Shown: positions 23,939 through 35,799 of the stretch, in pieces
Layout of the letters: every line of letters starts with the position of its first letter
How positions within the stretch are numbered: position 1 is the first letter of the stretch
Source: Escherichia coli
GTDB taxonomy: Bacteria > Pseudomonadota > Gammaproteobacteria > Enterobacterales > Enterobacteriaceae
Strand: one strand, 5' to 3'
Assembly: GCF_003334255.1 (NCBI RefSeq)
Contig: NZ_QOWU01000006.1
DNA: 64,000 nt
Program-made: the position numbers and the translations under genes
The notes under the pieces: model-generated
What the model was told of the DNA's origin: nothing
The model's database searches: none
What the model saw: the letters and a program-made list of their open reading frames with translations, nothing else

Positions 23939-25072
23939 GTGAATGACGCTATCCCTCGCCCGCAGGCGAAAACCCGTAAGGCGCTGACGCCGCTATTAGA
24001 AATCCGCAACCTGACCAAATCCTACGATGGTCAACATGCGGTGGATGATGTCAGCCTGACCATCTACAAAGGTGAAATCTTCGCGCTGCTGGGCGCATCC
24101 GGCTGTGGCAAGTCCACGCTGCTGCGTATGCTGGCAGGTTTCGAACAACCTTCTGCCGGACAGATAATGCTTGATGGCGTCGATTTGTCACAGGTTCCGC
24201 CTTACCTGCGCCCCATCAATATGATGTTTCAGTCTTACGCGCTGTTTCCGCATATGACCGTGGAACAGAACATCGCTTTTGGCCTGAAACAGGACAAACT
24301 ACCGAAAGCGGAAATTGCCAGCCGGGTCAATGAGATGCTCGGCCTGGTGCATATGCAGGAGTTCGCCAAACGCAAACCGCATCAGCTTTCCGGTGGTCAG
24401 CGACAACGTGTGGCCCTGGCCCGAAGCCTTGCGAAGCGCCCGAAACTATTACTGCTCGATGAGCCGATGGGCGCGCTGGATAAAAAGCTGCGTGACCGGA
24501 TGCAGCTTGAAGTGGTGGATATTCTGGAGCGCGTCGGTGTGACTTGTGTGATGGTCACCCACGATCAGGAAGAGGCGATGACCATGGCGGGGCGCATCGC
24601 CATTATGAATCGTGGGAAATTTGTCCAGATTGGCGAACCGGAAGAGATCTACGAGCATCCGACTACCCGCTATAGCGCCGAATTTATTGGCTCGGTAAAC
24701 GTCTTTGAAGGCGTACTCAAAGAGCGTCAGGAAGATGGCCTGGTGCTTGATTCGCCGGGGCTGGTGCATCCACTGAAAGTCGACGCGGATGCCTCGGTGG
24801 TCGATAACGTGCCGGTACATGTGGCGCTGCGCCCGGAAAAAATCATGCTTTGCGAAGAGCCGCCCGCCAATGGTTGTAACTTCGCGGTGGGGGAGGTGAT
24901 ACACATTGCCTATCTCGGCGATCTTTCGGTGTATCACGTTCGTCTGAAAAGTGGGCAGATGATTAGCGCCCAGCTACAAAACGCCCATCGTCATCGTAAA
25001 GGGTTACCGACCTGGGGCGACGAAGTGCGTTTGTGCTGGGAAGTGGACAGCTGTGTGGTGCTGACGGTTTAA
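23939..25072 (+). CDS. potG: Putrescine ABC transporter ATPase PotG
   Basis: ORF 23858..25072; GTG at 23939 (NDAIPRPQAK) gives 377 aa; Walker A GASGCGKST, signature LSGGQRQR. Confidence 0.85.
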   Translation: MNDAIPRPQAKTRKALTPLLEIRNLTKSYDGQHAVDDVSLTIYKGEIFALLGASGCGKSTLLRMLAGFEQPSAGQIMLDGVDLSQVPPYLRPINMMFQSYALFPHMTVEQNIAFGLKQDKLPKAEIASRVNEMLGLVHMQEFAKRKPHQLSGGQRQRVALARSLAKRPKLLLLDEPMGALDKKLRDRMQLEVVDILERVGVTCVMVTHDQEEAMTMAGRIAIMNRGKFVQIGEPEEIYEHPTTRYSAEFIGSVNVFEGVLKERQEDGLVLDSPGLVHPLKVDADASVVDNVPVHVALRPEKIMLCEEPPANGCNFAVGEVIHIAYLGDLSVYHVRLKSGQMISAQLQNAHRHRKGLPTWGDEVRLCWEVDSCVVLTV

Positions 25073-25081
25073 GGAGCAAAG

Positions 25082-26035
25082 ATGAGTACACTTGAACCTG
25101 CTGCCCAGTCGAAACCGCCGGGCGGATTTAAGCTGTGGTTGTCGCAGCTGCAAATGAAGCATGGGCGCAAACTGGTCATTGCGTTGCCATATATCTGGTT
25201 GATCTTGCTGTTTCTGCTGCCATTTCTGATTGTCTTTAAAATAAGCCTGGCGGAGATGGCGCGCGCTATTCCACCTTATACCGAACTGATGGAGTGGGCT
25301 GACGGGCAACTGTCCATCACTCTTAATCTCGGTAATTTTCTGCAACTGACCGACGATCCGCTCTATTTCGATGCTTATCTCCAGTCGCTACAGGTGGCTG
25401 CGATTTCGACATTTTGCTGTTTACTGATCGGCTATCCGCTGGCGTGGGCGGTGGCGCACAGTAAGCCTTCGACCCGTAATATTTTATTACTACTGGTGAT
25501 CCTGCCGTCGTGGACCTCGTTTCTGATCCGCGTTTATGCCTGGATGGGAATATTAAAAAACAACGGTGTGCTGAATAATTTTCTGCTGTGGCTGGGGGTT
25601 ATCGATCAACCGCTGACCATTCTGCATACCAATCTGGCCGTTTATATCGGCATTGTTTACGCTTACGTGCCGTTTATGGTACTGCCGATTTATACCGCGT
25701 TGATTCGTATTGATTATTCGCTGGTGGAAGCAGCGCTGGATCTCGGTGCACGACCGCTGAAAACGTTCTTTACTGTGATCGTGCCGCTGACTAAAGGTGG
25801 GATTATTGCCGGATCGATGCTGGTGTTTATCCCGGCTGTGGGCGAGTTTGTGATCCCGGAACTGCTCGGTGGCCCGGACAGCATCATGATCGGGCGCGTG
25901 CTATGGCAAGAGTTTTTCAATAACCGCGACTGGCCGGTGGCCTCGGCGGTAGCGATCATCATGTTGCTGCTGCTAATTGTGCCGATAATGTGGTTCCACA
26001 AACACCAGCAAAAAAGCGTGGGAGAACACGGATGA
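25082..26035 (+). CDS. potH: Putrescine ABC transporter permease PotH
   Basis: 317 aa ORF. Confidence 0.9.
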   Translation: MSTLEPAAQSKPPGGFKLWLSQLQMKHGRKLVIALPYIWLILLFLLPFLIVFKISLAEMARAIPPYTELMEWADGQLSITLNLGNFLQLTDDPLYFDAYLQSLQVAAISTFCCLLIGYPLAWAVAHSKPSTRNILLLLVILPSWTSFLIRVYAWMGILKNNGVLNNFLLWLGVIDQPLTILHTNLAVYIGIVYAYVPFMVLPIYTALIRIDYSLVEAALDLGARPLKTFFTVIVPLTKGGIIAGSMLVFIPAVGEFVIPELLGGPDSIMIGRVLWQEFFNNRDWPVASAVAIIMLLLLIVPIMWFHKHQQKSVGEHG

Positions 26036-26877
26036 ATAATTTACCGGTAGTTCGTTCGCCCTGGCGGATTGTGATTTTGCTGCTGGGCTTTACCTTTCTC
26101 TACGCGCCAATGCTGATGCTGGTTATCTATTCGTTTAACAGCTCGAAGCTGGTGACGGTGTGGGCCGGCTGGTCAACGCGCTGGTATGGTGAGTTATTGC
26201 GCGATGACGCGATGATGAGTGCGGTTGGTTTAAGTCTGACAATTGCGGCCTGTGCGGCGACGGCGGCGGCGATCCTCGGAACTATTGCGGCGGTGGTGCT
26301 GGTGCGCTTTGGCAGGTTTCGCGGATCAAATGGCTTTGCCTTTATGATCACCGCGCCGCTGGTAATGCCAGATGTCATCACGGGCTTGTCGCTGTTGTTA
26401 TTATTCGTCGCGCTTGCTCATGCCATTGGCTGGCCTGCGGACCGCGGTATGCTCACCATCTGGCTGGCGCATGTCACTTTTTGTACGGCTTATGTGGCGG
26501 TCGTTATTTCTTCAAGATTGCGGGAACTGGATCGCTCGATAGAAGAAGCAGCGATGGATCTCGGTGCGACGCCGCTGAAAGTGTTTTTCGTCATTACGCT
26601 ACCGATGATCATGCCCGCGATCATTTCTGGCTGGTTACTGGCTTTTACTTTGTCGCTTGATGATCTGGTGATCGCCAGCTTTGTTTCCGGGCCGGGAGCC
26701 ACCACGTTACCGATGCTGGTCTTTTCCAGCGTGCGGATGGGGGTGAATCCGGAAATCAACGCCCTGGCAACATTGATCCTCGGCGCGGTCGGAATTGTCG
26801 GATTTATCGCCTGGTATCTGATGGCTCGCGCAGAAAAACAGCGGATACGCGACATCCAGCGTGCAAGACGTGGCTGA
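26032..26877 (+). CDS. potI: Putrescine ABC transporter permease PotI
   Basis: ORF 25990..26877; ATG at 26032 (MNNLPVVRSP) gives 281 aa; ATGA overlap with potH stop. Confidence 0.9.
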   Translation: MNNLPVVRSPWRIVILLLGFTFLYAPMLMLVIYSFNSSKLVTVWAGWSTRWYGELLRDDAMMSAVGLSLTIAACAATAAAILGTIAAVVLVRFGRFRGSNGFAFMITAPLVMPDVITGLSLLLLFVALAHAIGWPADRGMLTIWLAHVTFCTAYVAVVISSRLRELDRSIEEAAMDLGATPLKVFFVITLPMIMPAIISGWLLAFTLSLDDLVIASFVSGPGATTLPMLVFSSVRMGVNPEINALATLILGAVGIVGFIAWYLMARAEKQRIRDIQRARRG

Positions 26878-26936
26878 AGACACTAAAATTTGCCAACCTG
26901 GCTACATAATGCCGCGCATGTCGCGGCATTGTTTTC

Positions 26937-27425
26937 ATGGAAGACGAAACGTTGGGATTTTTTAAGAAAACATCTTCATCTCATGCTCGCCTGAATGTGC
27001 CTGCGCTGGTGCAGGTGGCGGCGCTCGCCATTATTATGATCCGTGGCCTCGACGTGCTGATGATTTTCAATACGCTGGGCGTGCGCGGTATTGGCGAGTT
27101 CATTCATCGCAGCGTACAAACCTGGAGTTTAACGCTGGTCTTTTTAAGCAGTCTGGTGCTGGTTTTCATTGAGATCTGGTGTGCGTTTTCACTGGTGAAA
27201 GGGCGTCGCTGGGCGCGCTGGCTATATCTGCTGACACAAATCACCGCCGCAAGTTACTTGTGGGCGGCTTCGCTGGGGTACGGTTATCCGGAGCTGTTCA
27301 GCATTCCCGGTGAATCAAAACGTGAAATCTTCCATAGCCTGATGCTGCAGAAGCTGCCGGATATGCTCATCCTGATGCTGCTGTTCGTTCCCTCGACCAG
27401 TCGGCGGTTCTTCCAGTTGCAATAA
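26937..27425 (+). CDS. ybjO: Inner membrane protein YbjO
   Basis: 162 aa ORF. Confidence 0.8.
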   Translation: MEDETLGFFKKTSSSHARLNVPALVQVAALAIIMIRGLDVLMIFNTLGVRGIGEFIHRSVQTWSLTLVFLSSLVLVFIEIWCAFSLVKGRRWARWLYLLTQITAASYLWAASLGYGYPELFSIPGESKREIFHSLMLQKLPDMLILMLLFVPSTSRRFFQLQ

Positions 27426-27465
27426 TGTGTATAATCGTCGCCCCTGATGATGTGAAGGTCAATGT

Positions 27466-28593
27466 ATGCAGTGCGCACTTTACGACGCGGGTCGCTGTCG
27501 TTCCTGTCAGTGGATAATGCAGCCGATTCCAGAGCAACTCTCCGCTAAAACCGCCGATCTTAAAAATCTGCTCGCCGACTTTCCGGTTGAGGAATGGTGC
27601 GCGCCGGTGTCAGGCCCGGAACAAGGGTTTCGTAATAAAGCCAAAATGGTGGTGAGTGGTAGCGTTGAAAAACCACTGCTCGGTATGCTGCATCGCGATG
27701 GCACACCAGAAGACCTTTGTGACTGCCCGCTTTATCCTGCCTCATTTGCGCCCGTTTTTGCGGCGCTAAAACCGTTTATCGCCCGAGCGGGGTTAACGCC
27801 CTACAACGTGGCGCGTAAGCGTGGCGAACTGAAATACATTCTGCTGACTGAAAGCCAGAGTGATGGAGGCATGATGCTGCGCTTTGTACTGCGTTCTGAT
27901 ACCAAGCTGGCGCAACTGCGTAAGGCGCTGCCGTGGTTACACGAACAACTACCGCAGCTGAAAGTTATTACCGTCAATATTCAGCCGGTACATATGGCGA
28001 TTATGGAAGGGGAGACGGAGATCTACCTGACCGAACAACAGGCACTGGCGGAGCGTTTTAATGACGTACCGCTGTGGATCCGTCCGCAAAGTTTCTTCCA
28101 GACTAATCCGGCGGTCGCCAGCCAGTTGTACGCCACCGCGCGCGACTGGGTACGACAGCTGCCGGTTAAACATATGTGGGATCTGTTCTGCGGTGTGGGG
28201 GGCTTTGGTTTACACTGCGCGACGCCTGACATGCAGTTAACCGGGATCGAAATTGCATCAGAGGCCATTGCCTGTGCAAAGCAGTCAGCCGCTGAACTGG
28301 GCTTAACGCGTTTGCAATTTCAGGCGCTGGACTCCACTCAGTTTGCCACCGCTCAGGGGGATGTGCCGGAGCTGGTGCTGGTTAACCCGCCGCGCCGCGG
28401 CATTGGTAAACCGCTGTGTGATTATCTCTCAACGATGGCACCGCGTTTTATCATCTACTCCAGCTGTAACGCCCAAACTATGGCGAAAGATATCCGCGAA
28501 CTGCCTGGGTTTCGTATTGAACGGGTGCAGCTTTTCGATATGTTCCCGCATACCGCGCACTATGAAGTGCTGACGCTGCTGGTGAAGCAATAA
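27466..28593 (+). CDS. rlmC: 23S rRNA (uracil747-C5)-methyltransferase RlmC (RumB)
   Basis: 375 aa ORF, N-terminal Cys cluster (CRSCQW) and SAM-MTase motifs. Confidence 0.9.
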
Positions 28594-28641
28594 AAAAGCC
28601 GCATGTGCGGCTTCAGATTGCTGACAAAGTGCGCGTTGTTT

Positions 28642-28742
<101 letters not shown>

Positions 28743-28791
28743 ATTTTACCTTTGTCATCAGTCTCAAGCCGCGGTTGCGGCTTTCTGAATC

Positions 28792-29523
28792 TTACTGTGG
28801 GAACCACTGGTCACTGATTTTTTGATAAGTACCGTCAGCTTTAATTGCTGCCAGCGCGTTATTCAGTTTTTCCAGCAGGGCTTTGTTATCCGGACGTACA
28901 GCGATGCCCAGGCCGGTGCCAAAATATTGCGGATCGGTCACTTTCTCAGTAGCAACACCAAGTTGTGGATTGGTTTTCAGCCATTCGTTTACCACCGCTG
29001 TGTCACCAAATACCCCATCAATACGACCATTTTTCAGATCGATAAAGGCATTCTGATAACTGTCATAAGAGACAGTTTTCACTTCCGGGTGCTGATCCTG
29101 AATATATTTCTGGTGCGTAGTACCGTTTTCCATCCCAATACGTTTGCCTTTCAGATCGGCAAACGTTTTGTAGGTATCTTTTTTGGCAATCACGACGGCT
29201 GAGTTTTCATAGTAGGGCGTGGTAAACGATACCTGTTTGCTACGCTCCGGGGTGATATCCATACCGGAGATTACGGCGTCATATTTTCTGAATTTCAGGG
29301 ACGGGATCAGGCTGTCGAACGCGTGATTAGTAAAAGTACATTCTGCCTGCATTTGTTTGCACAAGGCTTTTGCCAGATCGATATCAAAGCCGACAATCTC
29401 ATTATTAGCACCTATAGATTCAAAGGGTGGATAGGTGGCTGAAACGCCAAAATTGATTTTCTCTGCGGCAGAAGCACCGAAAGTAAAGGAAGCAAGTAAA
29501 GCGGCAAGAACTAACTTTTTCAT
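28792..29523 (-). CDS. artJ: Arginine-binding periplasmic protein ArtJ
   Basis: ORF 28792..29574; ATG at 29523 (MKKLVLAALLA) gives 243 aa; paralog of artI in this window. Confidence 0.9.
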   Translation of the reverse strand: MKKLVLAALLASFTFGASAAEKINFGVSATYPPFESIGANNEIVGFDIDLAKALCKQMQAECTFTNHAFDSLIPSLKFRKYDAVISGMDITPERSKQVSFTTPYYENSAVVIAKKDTYKTFADLKGKRIGMENGTTHQKYIQDQHPEVKTVSYDSYQNAFIDLKNGRIDGVFGDTAVVNEWLKTNPQLGVATEKVTDPQYFGTGLGIAVRPDNKALLEKLNNALAAIKADGTYQKISDQWFPQ

Positions 29524-29629
29524 GATGGAACTCCCGTCTGTCAATCTTATGATTTTTGGCCGTGTCTGCGGCATGGGATAACAATGCCATCAAGTGAATT
29601 TATATGCAATAAACATGATTAAATAATTT

Positions 29630-29672
29630 AAATGAAATAAAAAAGACGGACAACTTAGTGGGTTGTCCGTCT
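29630..29672 (-). terminator. Intrinsic terminator of artPIQM operon
   Basis: Minus strand hairpin GACGGACAAC-cccactaa-GTTGTCCGTC followed by TTTTTTATTT. Confidence 0.7.
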
Positions 29673-29695
29673 TCATTATAAGAATTTATGCACTA

Positions 29696-29784
29696 TGTAG
29701 GCCGGATAAGGCGTCCCCGCCGCATCCGGCACAGGCACCGTGCTGATGTCTGATGCGACGCTGGCGCGTCTTATCAGACCTACA
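29696..29784. repeat. BIME: two inverted REP elements
   Basis: TGTAGGCCGGATAAGGCGtccccGCCGCATCCGGCA and GATGCGACGCTGGCGCGTCTTATCAGACCTACA. Confidence 0.8.
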
Positions 29785-29813
29785 AAACCCCCCGGCGAAT
29801 GTACGCAGCCACA

Positions 29814-30482
29814 TTAATTTCGCCGTTCGAATGCCAGCGCTTTGCGCTCGATCAGACGCATCATCAGCGTCAGCAGGCCGTTAACGACCAGGTAAATAAT
29901 CCCTGCCGCACCGAACACCATTACATCGTAGGTGCGTCCGTACAACAACTGGCTGTATCCCATCACTTCCATCAGCGTAATGGTGTATGCCAGAGAGGTA
30001 CTTTTGAATACCAGCACCACTTCGTTGGAATAAGAAGAGAGCGAGCGTTTAAAGGCATACGGCAGCAGGATCGCCAGCGTATCTTTTTTGCTCATTCCCA
30101 GGGCGCTACAGGACTGCCACTGACCTTCCGGGATCGCACGAATTGCACCGTAAAACAGCTGCGTGGTATACGCCGCACTATTCAGCGACAACGCAATCAG
30201 CGCACATAACCACGGTTCTGACAACAAATGCCACAGTGCCGGATACTCCTGCAAAGTCGGAAACTGGCCCGGCCCGTAATAAATCAGGAAGATCTGCACC
30301 AGCAGCGGCGTACCGGTAAACAGCGTGATATAACCCCGCACCAGCCACACCAGCACCGGCGTTTTCAGCGTCAGGATGATGGTAAAAATCAATGCCAGAA
30401 TCAGTGCCACAATCAGCGAGGCAACGGTTAGCGTCAGGCTGGTGTGTAGCCCTTTCATCAGTTCGGGTAAATACTCAAACAT
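29814..30482 (-). CDS. artM: Arginine ABC transporter permease ArtM
   Basis: 222 aa ORF. Confidence 0.9.
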   Translation of the reverse strand: MFEYLPELMKGLHTSLTLTVASLIVALILALIFTIILTLKTPVLVWLVRGYITLFTGTPLLVQIFLIYYGPGQFPTLQEYPALWHLLSEPWLCALIALSLNSAAYTTQLFYGAIRAIPEGQWQSCSALGMSKKDTLAILLPYAFKRSLSSYSNEVVLVFKSTSLAYTITLMEVMGYSQLLYGRTYDVMVFGAAGIIYLVVNGLLTLMMRLIERKALAFERRN

Positions 30483-31198
30483 TAGCTGGGCCTCCGCTCA
30501 AAACGTGTCGCGCGCAGGTCAATGCGTTTGAGAATGTACTGACTGAGCAGGGTGATCACCAGGTAAATCGCCGCCGCCACAATGTACCAGGTAAATGGTT
30601 CCTGGGTACGAGTAGCGATGCTTTTTGTTTGCAGCATTAAATCATTCACACTAATCAAACTGACCAGCGCGGTATCTTTCAGCAGCACCAGCCACTGGTT
30701 ACCGAGGCCAGGCAGCGCATGACGCCACATCTGCGGCATCACCAGACGGAAAAAGATAGCCGATTTCGACAGCCCCAGCGCCTGACCAGACTCCCACTGA
30801 CCCACCGGCACCGCTTTCAACGCGCCCCGAAGCGTTTGCGAGGCATAGGCGGCATACAGCAGTGACAGAGCGATGACACCACAAAGGAACGGGCTAACGT
30901 CGAAGTTCTCAATGTCCATCTGCACTGGGATCTGCACGAACCCAAGATTGATAGTGAAGCCATCCGAAAGCGTCAGCAGCAGCTGCGAGGAGCCAAAATA
31001 GATAAACAGCACCACCAGAATTTCTGGCAGGCCACGCAGAATGGTTACCAGCGCTGAACCTGCCCACGCGACAGGACGCCATTTTGCCGACTCCCATACC
31101 GCAAAGAACATCGCCAGCGCCAGCCCGACAATCAATGCACAAACGGCAAGGCCGACGGTCATCCCGGCGGCGCTTGCTAAAGGAAAAAATTCATTCAT
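30482..31198 (-). CDS. artQ: Arginine ABC transporter permease ArtQ
   Basis: 238 aa ORF. Confidence 0.9.
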
Positions 31199-31204
31199 CA
31201 GGAA

Positions 31205-31936
31205 TTACTTCTGGAACCATTTGTTGTAGATGGTTTCGTAAGTGCCATCTTTCTTCACTTTTTCCAGCGCAGTGTTGAGTTTCTGCTGCAGCTCAGTGTT
31301 GCCCTGACGTACCGCGATGCCGAGGCCAGTGCCGAAGTAATCTTTATCGGTCACTTTGTCGCCCACCGCCGCCAGTTTCGGGTTATCTTTCAGCCACTCA
31401 GTGACCACTGCGGTGTCACCGAAGACGCCGTCGATACGCCCGTTTTGCAGATCCAGTTTTGCGTTCTGGTAGCTGTCATACGGAACGGTAGTGATTTCCG
31501 GGTGCTTATCCATAATGAATTTCTGGTGTGTCGTCCCGTTCTGTACGCCGACTTTTTTGCCTTTCAGCTGATCAACACTGGTGTATTTGCCTTGCTGACC
31601 CACAAACAGGGCAGAGTTGTCATAGTACGGGGTGGTAAACAGCACCTGCTTTTCACGCTCCGGAGTGATATCCATGCCCGCCATCACGGCTTCTACGCGA
31701 CGGAATTTCAGGCTTGGGATCAGGCTGTCAAACGCCTGGTTAGAGAAAGTGCAGGTTGCATCAATCTCTTTACACAGCGCTTGTGCCAGGTCGACGTCAA
31801 AACCAACGATCTGGTTGTTTGCATCAATCGATTCAAACGGAGGATAGGAGGCTTCGGTAGCAAAACGAATGGTTTCGGCAGCTGTGGCGGAAAGACTAAA
31901 ACCTGCAATTAACGCGGCAATCAGAACTTTTTTCAT
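31205..31936 (-). CDS. artI: Arginine-binding periplasmic protein ArtI
   Basis: 243 aa ORF with signal peptide. Confidence 0.9.
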   Translation of the reverse strand: MKKVLIAALIAGFSLSATAAETIRFATEASYPPFESIDANNQIVGFDVDLAQALCKEIDATCTFSNQAFDSLIPSLKFRRVEAVMAGMDITPEREKQVLFTTPYYDNSALFVGQQGKYTSVDQLKGKKVGVQNGTTHQKFIMDKHPEITTVPYDSYQNAKLDLQNGRIDGVFGDTAVVTEWLKDNPKLAAVGDKVTDKDYFGTGLGIAVRQGNTELQQKLNTALEKVKKDGTYETIYNKWFQK

Positions 31937-31953
31937 TGTTGTTATCCCGAATC

Positions 31954-32682
31954 TTAGTGAGAGAGATAGTTTTTAAATGCTTCGGTTTGCGGCTCGGTAA
32001 AGCAGCTCGCGTCGCCTTGTTCTACGATATGACCATTTTCCATATACACCACTCGGCTGGCGGTTTTACGCGCCACTTCAACTTCGTGGGTGACGATCAC
32101 CTGGGTAATATTCGTTTCTGCCAGCTCACGAATGATGCTGACGATTTGTGCCGTAATTTCCGGGTCCAGTGCGGCGGTCGGTTCATCGAACAGCAGTACC
32201 TGCGGTTCCATCATCAACGCACGGGCAATAGCAACACGCTGCTGCTGACCACCAGAAAGATGCAGCGGGTAACGATCGCTATAAGGTTTGAGACGCAGAC
32301 GTTCCAGCAGTTTTTCTGCACGGGCCAGCGCCTGATCTTTACTCAACCCCAGTACACGGCAGGGCGCTTCAATCAGGTTTTGCTGCACGGTCAGATGCGG
32401 CCACAGGTTGTATTGCTGAAACACCATGCCAACGTTACGACGCAAATCGCGAATCGCTTTGTCAGAGGGTGTTTTGGTGAAATCGAAATGGTTGCCTGCA
32501 ATGTTGAGCGTACCGGAGCGCGGCATCTCAAGCAGATTGAGTACACGCAGCAGCGAGCTTTTACCCGCGCCGCTGGGGCCAAGTAACACCAGCGTTTCGC
32601 CCTGTGGGCAATCCAGCGTGATATCGAACAGCGCCTGATGCGCGCCGTAGAAGCAATTAATGCCGTTTAATTGAATACTCAT
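31954..32682 (-). CDS. artP: Arginine ABC transporter ATPase ArtP
   Basis: ORF 31954..32781; ATG at 32682 ([10 protein letters not shown]) gives 242 aa; Walker [10 protein letters not shown], signature LSGGQQQR. Confidence 0.9.
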
Positions 32683-32899
32683 TGACACTCGTATACTGGC
32701 AGTCTGATAGCTATTGAGGTCGAAGATAGTACCTTTGACAGAATAATTATGCAATATTTCTGCTTTAAAAGTTAAAAGCAAAGCGCATTATTCAATAAAC
32801 ATAGCACAAAATAACGGGGGCGGTGGTCGGCGAGCATAAATGTCGGCATTCCTCACGAAATGCCGGACAATTTACGGGGTTTATTGGTTGATCAAGGCG

Positions 32900-33415
32900 T
32901 TAGCGATTCTCGATGGACTGACGGAGCGTACCCGCCGTGGCATGAACGCTACCGCCTAAGTAACGCACATCGTCGATGACCCAACACTGGCCTTCCTGAA
33001 TCATTAACACTTCATCCTGCCAACCCTGGTCACCCTGTTTGAGATCCACGCGCAATGGAATGTTACGGGCATCACGATTAGGGATAGTCGATGCACTGGC
33101 AACGTGGGCGCTATCTGGCAAGGTGGTTCGACTGGAGAATGGATCGTTGGTCAGTAGTTCCCGATGGTTATTATCCTGGGAGGCATCGCTAAGCAGTGTC
33201 GCCAGTTTGTCGCTCAGATAAGGGCGCAAGGCGGTGATGTCGTTGCTGCGGTGCAAAATGCGGTAGTCATAAAATTGCTGGGCCACGTTATCCGGGCCTC
33301 CTTCAACGCAAGGACCACTGCGTGTGCCGTTATCTTTATAAGCTGGAGTGACTGTGGTGCAGGCACTGAGGAGCAGTGCGCAGGGGATAAGCATTGTCAA
33401 TTTGCTGTAGCGCAT
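32900..33415 (-). CDS. ybjP: Lipoprotein YbjP
   Basis: 171 aa ORF, lipobox LLSAC. Confidence 0.85.
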   Translation of the reverse strand: MRYSKLTMLIPCALLLSACTTVTPAYKDNGTRSGPCVEGGPDNVAQQFYDYRILHRSNDITALRPYLSDKLATLLSDASQDNNHRELLTNDPFSSRTTLPDSAHVASASTIPNRDARNIPLRVDLKQGDQGWQDEVLMIQEGQCWVIDDVRYLGGSVHATAGTLRQSIENR

Positions 33416-33540
33416 AATGATTTCCTTATAAGCGATCGCTCTGAAAGCGTTCTACGATAATAATGATATCCTTTCAATAATAGCGTATCAGTCTGATAAT
33501 GCTTTTGAGATCGAAGGCTTAGCAAACAAGGAGATCGATC

Positions 33541-33864
33541 ATGCAATTTTCTACAACCCCAACTCTGGAAGGCCAGACCATCGTTGAATATTGCGGTGTG
33601 GTGACCGGCGAAGCGATTTTAGGTGCCAATATTTTCCGTGATTTCTTTGCCGGTATCCGCGATATCGTTGGCGGACGTTCCGGTGCGTATGAAAAAGAAC
33701 TGCGTAAAGCACGGGAGATCGCCTTTGAGGAATTAGGCTCCCAGGCGCGGGCGCTGGGGGCCGATGCCGTCGTCGGTATTGATATCGACTACGAAACGGT
33801 CGGGCAAAACGGCAGTATGCTGATGGTTAGCGTCAGCGGTACGGCGGTGAAAACGCGTCGATGA
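33541..33864 (+). CDS. ybjQ: YbjQ (UPF0145 family)
   Basis: 107 aa ORF. Confidence 0.85.
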
Positions 33865-34691
33865 GAAGATTCTTCTGGCTGGTCGCTGCCGCTCTGTTAT
33901 TGGCAGGGTGTGCAGGCGAAAAAGGCATTGTCGAGAAAGAGGGATATCAGCTTGATACCCGACGCCAGGCGCAGGCGGCGTATCCGCGCATTAAAGTGCT
34001 GGTGATCCACTACACCGCAGATGATTTTGATAGCTCGCTGGCGACACTGACCGATAAGCAGGTCAGCTCGCATTATCTGGTCCCTGCGGTACCACCGCGA
34101 TACAACGGTAAACCGCGCATCTGGCAACTGGTGCCGGAACAAGAACTGGCCTGGCATGCGGGGATTAGCGCCTGGCGCGGGGCAACGCGCCTTAACGACA
34201 CCTCTATTGGCATTGAGCTGGAAAACCGTGGCTGGCAAAAATCGGCCGGAGTGAAATATTTTGCCCCGTTTGAACCGGCACAGATTCAGGCGCTTATTCC
34301 ACTGGCGAAAGATATTATTGCCCGTTATCACATCAAGCCGGAAAACGTAGTGGCACATGCGGATATCGCACCGCAGCGCAAAGACGATCCGGGGCCATTA
34401 TTTCCCTGGCAGCAACTGGCGCAGCAGGGGATTGGTGCCTGGCCGGATGCGCAGCGGGTTAACTTTTACCTTGCCGGGCGCGCGCCGCACACACCGGTAG
34501 ATACCGCGTCATTGCTGGAGCTTTTGGCGCGCTACGGTTATGACGTTAAACCTGATATGACACCGCGCGAGCAGCGGCGCGTGATTATGGCATTCCAGAT
34601 GCATTTCCGCCCGACGTTATATAACGGCGAAGCGGATGCAGAAACTCAGGCGATTGCCGAAGCATTGCTGGAGAAATACGGGCAGGATTAG
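33861..34691 (+). CDS. amiD: N-acetylmuramoyl-L-alanine amidase AmiD (lipoprotein)
   Basis: 276 aa ORF, lipobox LLAGC; ATGA overlap with ybjQ. Confidence 0.9.
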
Positions 34692-35701
34692 CGCGGCAGT
34701 TTTCCGTGGTCGCGTAGCCAGGCGGCAGTTTTCTCGATACCTTCATCCAGGGTGATGACCGGCTGATAACCTAACTCTTCCTGCGCACGCGTAATATCCA
34801 GCGTAAAGTCAAAATTCAACTTGGAGACGCCGTAGTGGGTCAGCGGCGGCTCTTTTGCTGACTTGCGGCCTAAACGCTCCATGCTGCGGGCGATCATATC
34901 CAGCATCGGGTAGGGGACGGAACGAATACGACAGTCAATATTCAACTCGTCGATCAGCTTCTGCACGATGCTGCGCAGTGTGCGATGCTCGCCGTTGGTG
35001 ATGTTGTACACACGCCCGGAAGGTAGCTTATCGCAGGCTTCCTGGCTTGCCAGCCACATTGCGTGCACGGCATTTTCATAGTAGGTCATATCGACCAGCG
35101 CACTGCCGCCATGCGGTAACAGAATACTGCCGTAGTGGTGCATCATATGCGCCAGACGGGGAATAAAGACTTTATCGTGCGGTCCGAACAGACTTTGTGG
35201 GCGCAGAATAGTAAAGCGCGTTTGTGGATTCGCCTGCGAAAGCATATTGATCACTTCTTCGCTGGCTGCTTTGCTGCGGGCAAACTCGTTGGCGAAGCGG
35301 TGAGGGCGAAAATCTTCTTTAATATCGCGATGGTGGTGATAATCGAAGTACAGGGAGGGGGAAGAGATATGAATAAAGTTACGCACACCCCAGGCGACAG
35401 CCCATTCACCCAGGCGGCGAGTGGCGCGAACGTTAGCCAGATCGAAAGCCTGTTGTGTCCCCCAGGGTGAGGTAAAGCTGGAGCAGTGCCACAGCGTATC
35501 AATGCCCGCGAGCATCACTTTAGCTTGTGATGAAACCAGCTCGGTCAGATCCGCCGGAACAAACTCTGCGCCCATTTTTTCCAGCAATTTGCCCATTGCC
35601 TCGTTGCGACCGGTCGCTCGCACGCTGATGCCTTTCTGGCATAAAAACTCTACCGCGTTTCGACCTAAGCCGCTGGTGGCGCCGGTAACCAGTACCTTCA
35701 T
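34688..35701 (-). CDS. ybjS: NAD-dependent epimerase/dehydratase family protein YbjS
   Basis: ORF 34688..35764; ATG at 35701 ([13 protein letters not shown] Rossmann motif) gives 337 aa. Confidence 0.85.
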   Translation of the reverse strand: MKVLVTGATSGLGRNAVEFLCQKGISVRATGRNEAMGKLLEKMGAEFVPADLTELVSSQAKVMLAGIDTLWHCSSFTSPWGTQQAFDLANVRATRRLGEWAVAWGVRNFIHISSPSLYFDYHHHRDIKEDFRPHRFANEFARSKAASEEVINMLSQANPQTRFTILRPQSLFGPHDKVFIPRLAHMMHHYGSILLPHGGSALVDMTYYENAVHAMWLASQEACDKLPSGRVYNITNGEHRTLRSIVQKLIDELNIDCRIRSVPYPMLDMIARSMERLGRKSAKEPPLTHYGVSKLNFDFTLDITRAQEELGYQPVITLDEGIEKTAAWLRDHGKLPR

Positions 35702-35799
35702 ATCAATCCACTGTTGTTGAGAAAATAACGTGCGCATTCTTCCGTGATTTCCCCCATGATGCAATGGGAAACATGAAAGAATAACGCAGGTTTTGTCGA